A DNA stretch of 34,891 nt, taken from NCBI GenBank assembly GCA_045645175.1, contig JAZRIH010000230.1, positions 1 to 34,891 on the forward strand, written 5' to 3'. Both the position numbers and the translations under genes were made by a program. Source of the stretch: Eubacteriales bacterium (GTDB taxonomy: Bacteria > Bacillota > Clostridia > Oscillospirales > CAG-272). The notes below the pieces were generated by a model. That model did no database searches and had not been told where the DNA came from. It saw only the letters and a list, made by a program, of their open reading frames with translations. Below, one piece after another: positions 32,041 to 34,891 of this stretch (positions are counted from its first letter, which is position 1; every line of letters begins with the position of its first letter).

Positions 32041-34584
32041 TTATTCGTAGTTCAAGGTACCACCCTGACTTGCAACATACTGCCCCCAATCGGCATCGCT
32101 CAAATTATACGTCATCAGGCGGAGTCCTCCAAAGCCGTACATAATGTTGTACTCCTGCGTGTAGTAATCGACCTGATAAGAAAGCATAGAACAAGTGGTT
32201 GTTGCGCACAACGGTATACGGTAGTAGGTCTTCAAAAATGCTTCTTCCAATTGAGCTGTGATAGACAGCTTGGTAGCAAAATCAGCATCTGCATAGACAG
32301 CAGAACCCATCATGGAATTGGACCACGCCTGCCAGGTCATGGTAACATCCTTGCCGTTCACCTTCAATGTGAGCGTTTCGGTAGTGGGATCATAGTTGGC
32401 TGCCTCGTGAATACCGTACTGAGAGGGATCCATATACACTTGAAAGTTTCGAAACGGATAAAATGCGGCACCGCCCCATGCACCGTAACCGATTGCATAT
32501 TCACCATTGGGGACGTCGCCGTAACGGTCCTTGATATTGCCGATGCCCTCGAGAGTGATCTTGCCAAATCCCGATCCTTTGATGGCGGCGTTGATATAAT
32601 TGTTCATCAGAACAACCTGCGCATTGTCATCCGCAGTCATTGCACCCTTTGCCCAGCCGATACGGATCCTGATCTCCTGCCCCTTGGTGTACAGACCTGC
32701 AGACACCAGCTCGTCACAAGCCTTCTTCATCAGAGCCCTCGCCTGCTCCAGATTGTACCCGGTAATGGAATCATAGGCTTCCTTCAGGGTAGCATATACC
32801 TTCCCTTCGCCATACTCAACGCCATACAGATTAACGATCGCCTGCATGGCTTCATTGGTCTTGCGATAAGAAGATGCGGGATCATTATAAATGTTGTAGT
32901 GATACAGATCGTTCATCAAAGCAAATTCAGGCTTGTACCCTGCGGTTGCAGTTACGAATTCTTTACGGTTAATTGCAAGACTGAATGCCTTGCGGAAATT
33001 GGTGTTGGACAGAACAACAGAGTTGGTGTTTCCTTTCGATCGATCCATGGTTTTCAAAGCATCCGGATTGGTGTTGAAAAAGAACGACATAGTATAAGTT
33101 TCGTCCGCCTGATAGAGCTGCTCAGAAGTTGCATAAGCGGAAAGTTCATTGGAAGTCGGAGTCCACTCGGTGAGCTGTCCCTTCAGAAACGCCTGCTTTG
33201 CCGCCGCTTCATCCATCACATCGATCACCACTCGGGTAGTTTGATACTGAGGGATCTTTTTACCGTCCACCTCAAAATCGGTCATGGAAAAAAGATTGCC
33301 TTTTTCATCTTTCTCCCACCCATACCAATTCTCGTTACGGTTGAACACGATCTGCTTGTCGGTCTGGAGAGATGCAATCTTATACGGACCGCAAGAGGAG
33401 TATGCCTCCTGGGAGGTACCATACTTTGTAGTAACCAGTTCCCCCGAGATATCTTTGTTTGCCTCGTAAAGATCCTTCTTCACCAGCCAAGTAGAGGTGC
33501 AAGCGGAAAGAAAGTAGTTGATTTCCAGATAGGTCTGTGTGACGTAGCGAATGGTGTATTGATCAACCTTGTAACATCCAACCTGATCGTACGAAACTTT
33601 TTCGCTAACCCTTCCGGTATTATAGAAGAGAAACTCCTTGAAATAGTTCTCGTTTACAATGGTCTTGGCTTCATCGGTGAAGATAGAAACATCGAAGGCG
33701 GCGCAATATTGATCCAACATCTTCAGCACATCCGCCTTATTTTCTTGGGTGACTTCAATAAAACCATACGCATTTGCCTGCTTATTCAAGGAGTCAAACA
33801 GGGTCTTGTCAATCTTCTTATACTGATTGCACATTTCGGCAATGGTATAGCCCGCAAACGTCATCTCCTTGGAATCAGGATCCAGATAAACCTTATTGGC
33901 ATAAATATCAAAGGAATAGTCGGGAGTTTCCCCCTCCCCGTACGCAGGCACTACCACATCATAGATTGGCGTTTCCGAGTTGTAGTATGCACTGCCGCCG
34001 GCGACCGCGGACTCCCCCGCATAATACAGATTCGCACGGTAGTTTCTCATCTTGGAGTTGAGAAGCTGCTGCATAGAGTAGATATAGTCATCTGCCGTGA
34101 TTTCGGAGCCATCTTCCCACTTGGCGTTAGGATTCAATTTGATCTCAAACACAAACCCCGATTCGGTAGTCTCAGCGGTCTTCCCCTGCTGCAAGGTTAC
34201 ATTGTATTTGATCAGATCACCTTGGTTGTCCTTGGTCACATCTCGGATGTCAGTTGCCATCTCGTACACCCACTGGAAGATTCCGTTTACAGAATCCTTG
34301 ACAGACATACTGACCAAGGGAGTTGTGGTATAACCTGCAATTATGTTATCCCCGGCGGTTTCCCAAGAATGAGGATTCCAATTGTTTCCCAAAGCAGTCG
34401 CATAGCTTCTGTAGGTATATTCGCCGCCTATACCGGGCGCAACAATGTGATTGTCTCCGTACGTGGTATTCATGGGAACCAACTCTCCACTCCCCTGCCT
34501 ACACGCAACGGCGGTGCCTACCACCAATACCAACATACTGTTGGCAAGAAGTGTGCTGACTACTTTTTTAACGGTCATCTGCAT
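32041..34584 (-). CDS. family-5 (OppA/DppA-type) extracellular solute-binding lipoprotein, unusually large (847 aa)
   Basis: Signal peptide with lipobox (VVGTAVAC). The sequence has SBP_bac_5-like character throughout. It is the first gene of the ABC operon. Confidence 0.75.
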   Translation of the reverse strand: MQMTVKKVVSTLLANSMLVLVVGTAVACRQGSGELVPMNTTYGDNHIVAPGIGGEYTYRSYATALGNNWNPHSWETAGDNIIAGYTTTPLVSMSVKDSVNGIFQWVYEMATDIRDVTKDNQGDLIKYNVTLQQGKTAETTESGFVFEIKLNPNAKWEDGSEITADDYIYSMQQLLNSKMRNYRANLYYAGESAVAGGSAYYNSETPIYDVVVPAYGEGETPDYSFDIYANKVYLDPDSKEMTFAGYTIAEMCNQYKKIDKTLFDSLNKQANAYGFIEVTQENKADVLKMLDQYCAAFDVSIFTDEAKTIVNENYFKEFLFYNTGRVSEKVSYDQVGCYKVDQYTIRYVTQTYLEINYFLSACTSTWLVKKDLYEANKDISGELVTTKYGTSQEAYSSCGPYKIASLQTDKQIVFNRNENWYGWEKDEKGNLFSMTDFEVDGKKIPQYQTTRVVIDVMDEAAAKQAFLKGQLTEWTPTSNELSAYATSEQLYQADETYTMSFFFNTNPDALKTMDRSKGNTNSVVLSNTNFRKAFSLAINRKEFVTATAGYKPEFALMNDLYHYNIYNDPASSYRKTNEAMQAIVNLYGVEYGEGKVYATLKEAYDSITGYNLEQARALMKKACDELVSAGLYTKGQEIRIRIGWAKGAMTADDNAQVVLMNNYINAAIKGSGFGKITLEGIGNIKDRYGDVPNGEYAIGYGAWGGAAFYPFRNFQVYMDPSQYGIHEAANYDPTTETLTLKVNGKDVTMTWQAWSNSMMGSAVYADADFATKLSITAQLEEAFLKTYYRIPLCATTTCSMLSYQVDYYTQEYNIMYGFGGLRLMTYNLSDADWGQYVASQGGTLNYE

Positions 34585-34757
34585 CGCATCCCCTCTCTAA
34601 ATCATTTTAGGAGCATCTACTATCCTCTCTGCAAACAAGTATGCCATATTTTCATACCGGCTATCCCTTTCAGGAGCATTAATTTGCAATTTTTCTACCG
34701 CTATTCTGTCCAAAGAAACCGGGCATCGATTTTTGGATCAATTTTCATGGGATTATA

Positions 34758-34786
34758 TTGCATATTCTTTATCCTTGTGCTATACT
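34758..34786 (+). promoter_or_regulatory. sigma-A type promoter reading toward the tRNA at the window edge
   Basis: TTGCAT (34758-34763), a 17-nt spacer, then TGcTATACT (-10 at 34781-34786). Confidence 0.55.
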
Positions 34787-34868
34787 ATAGTACAGAATTA
34801 TTAGTTCCAACTATTCACTATTGTAATTCGCGAAGCAAATTTCTCGCAGTCAGCTTACTGACTGCTTT

Positions 34869-34891
34869 GCAGGCGTAGCTCAATGGCAGAG
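34869..34891 (+). tRNA. 5' part of a tRNA gene (isotype not determinable, truncated by the window edge)
   Basis: GCAGGCG-TA-GCTC-AATGGCA-GAG matches an acceptor stem followed by a canonical D-arm (TAGCTCAATGG.AGAGC). Confidence 0.6.

Noticed and set aside
34609-34679. An 8-nt repeat AGGAGCAT occurs twice (34609-34616 and 34672-34679) in the opp leader, giving CTCCT anti-SD-like boxes on the mRNA strand.
   Set aside because: It is too short to be significant, and I could not draw a convincing pairing with the actual SD (AGAGGGG) of the binding-protein gene.
31993-34878. A 961-aa ORF on the + strand covers the whole binding-protein gene. Similar long antisense ORFs are 26228-27613, 27615-29378, 24819-25853, 12207-13322, 8741-9712, 16663-17532 and 3823-4680.
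   Set aside because: For 31993-34878 I confirmed that it lies in the codon-aligned antisense frame of the clearly homologous minus-strand gene. That frame stays open simply because the sense genes rarely use TTA, CTA and TCA codons, whose complements are stops. I infer the same explanation for the other listed ORFs. The translations are low-complexity (I/L/R/G/H-rich), lack SD sites and show no family resemblance.

Overview
This looks like an ordinary chromosomal segment. GC is balanced by eye, Shine-Dalgarno (SD) sites are strong AGGAGG-type, two lipoproteins have lipoboxes, and promoters are near-consensus sigma-A. Together these suggest a Firmicutes/Clostridia-like anaerobe (inference). 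Left part (1-16.6 kb): six glycoside hydrolases without signal peptides (GH51, GH38, GH43 with a discoidin-like domain, two GH2, one GH36/GH27-clan enzyme). They sit with a ROK kinase, a GmhA-like SIS isomerase, an apparently truncated 2-hydroxyacid dehydrogenase and an AraC regulator. Middle (16.6-26 kb): M20 dipeptidase, an orphan beta-propeller protein, a Na+:alanine symporter, an orphan 110-aa protein and a stand-alone initiator tRNA-fMet. This part also holds a Maa/LacA-type acetyltransferase, a BspA-like LRR lipoprotein and a SulP/STAS anion transporter. Right part (26-34.6 kb): a five-gene Opp/Dpp-type ABC importer operon plus a coupled DUF3899 membrane protein, and the first 23 nt of another tRNA at the edge. 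I see no CRISPR array, IS/transposase, integrase, phage gene or recognisable defence gene, and I cannot honestly claim a new system. The most unusual items are listed here. (1) Four of the five Opp subunits are greatly enlarged, including large insertions inside both ATPases. (2) A consensus promoter is followed by an unexplained 268-nt leader before the GH36-like gene. (3) A decayed gene remnant lies in the leader of the M20 peptidase. (4) The GH38-ROK-SIS module has overlapping genes, and its ROK protein lacks the zinc-cysteine motif. (5) The initiator tRNA has a one-base bulge in the T-stem. Twelve -35/-10 promoters with exactly 17-bp spacers, plus clear hairpin terminators, allow a fairly complete transcription-unit map.
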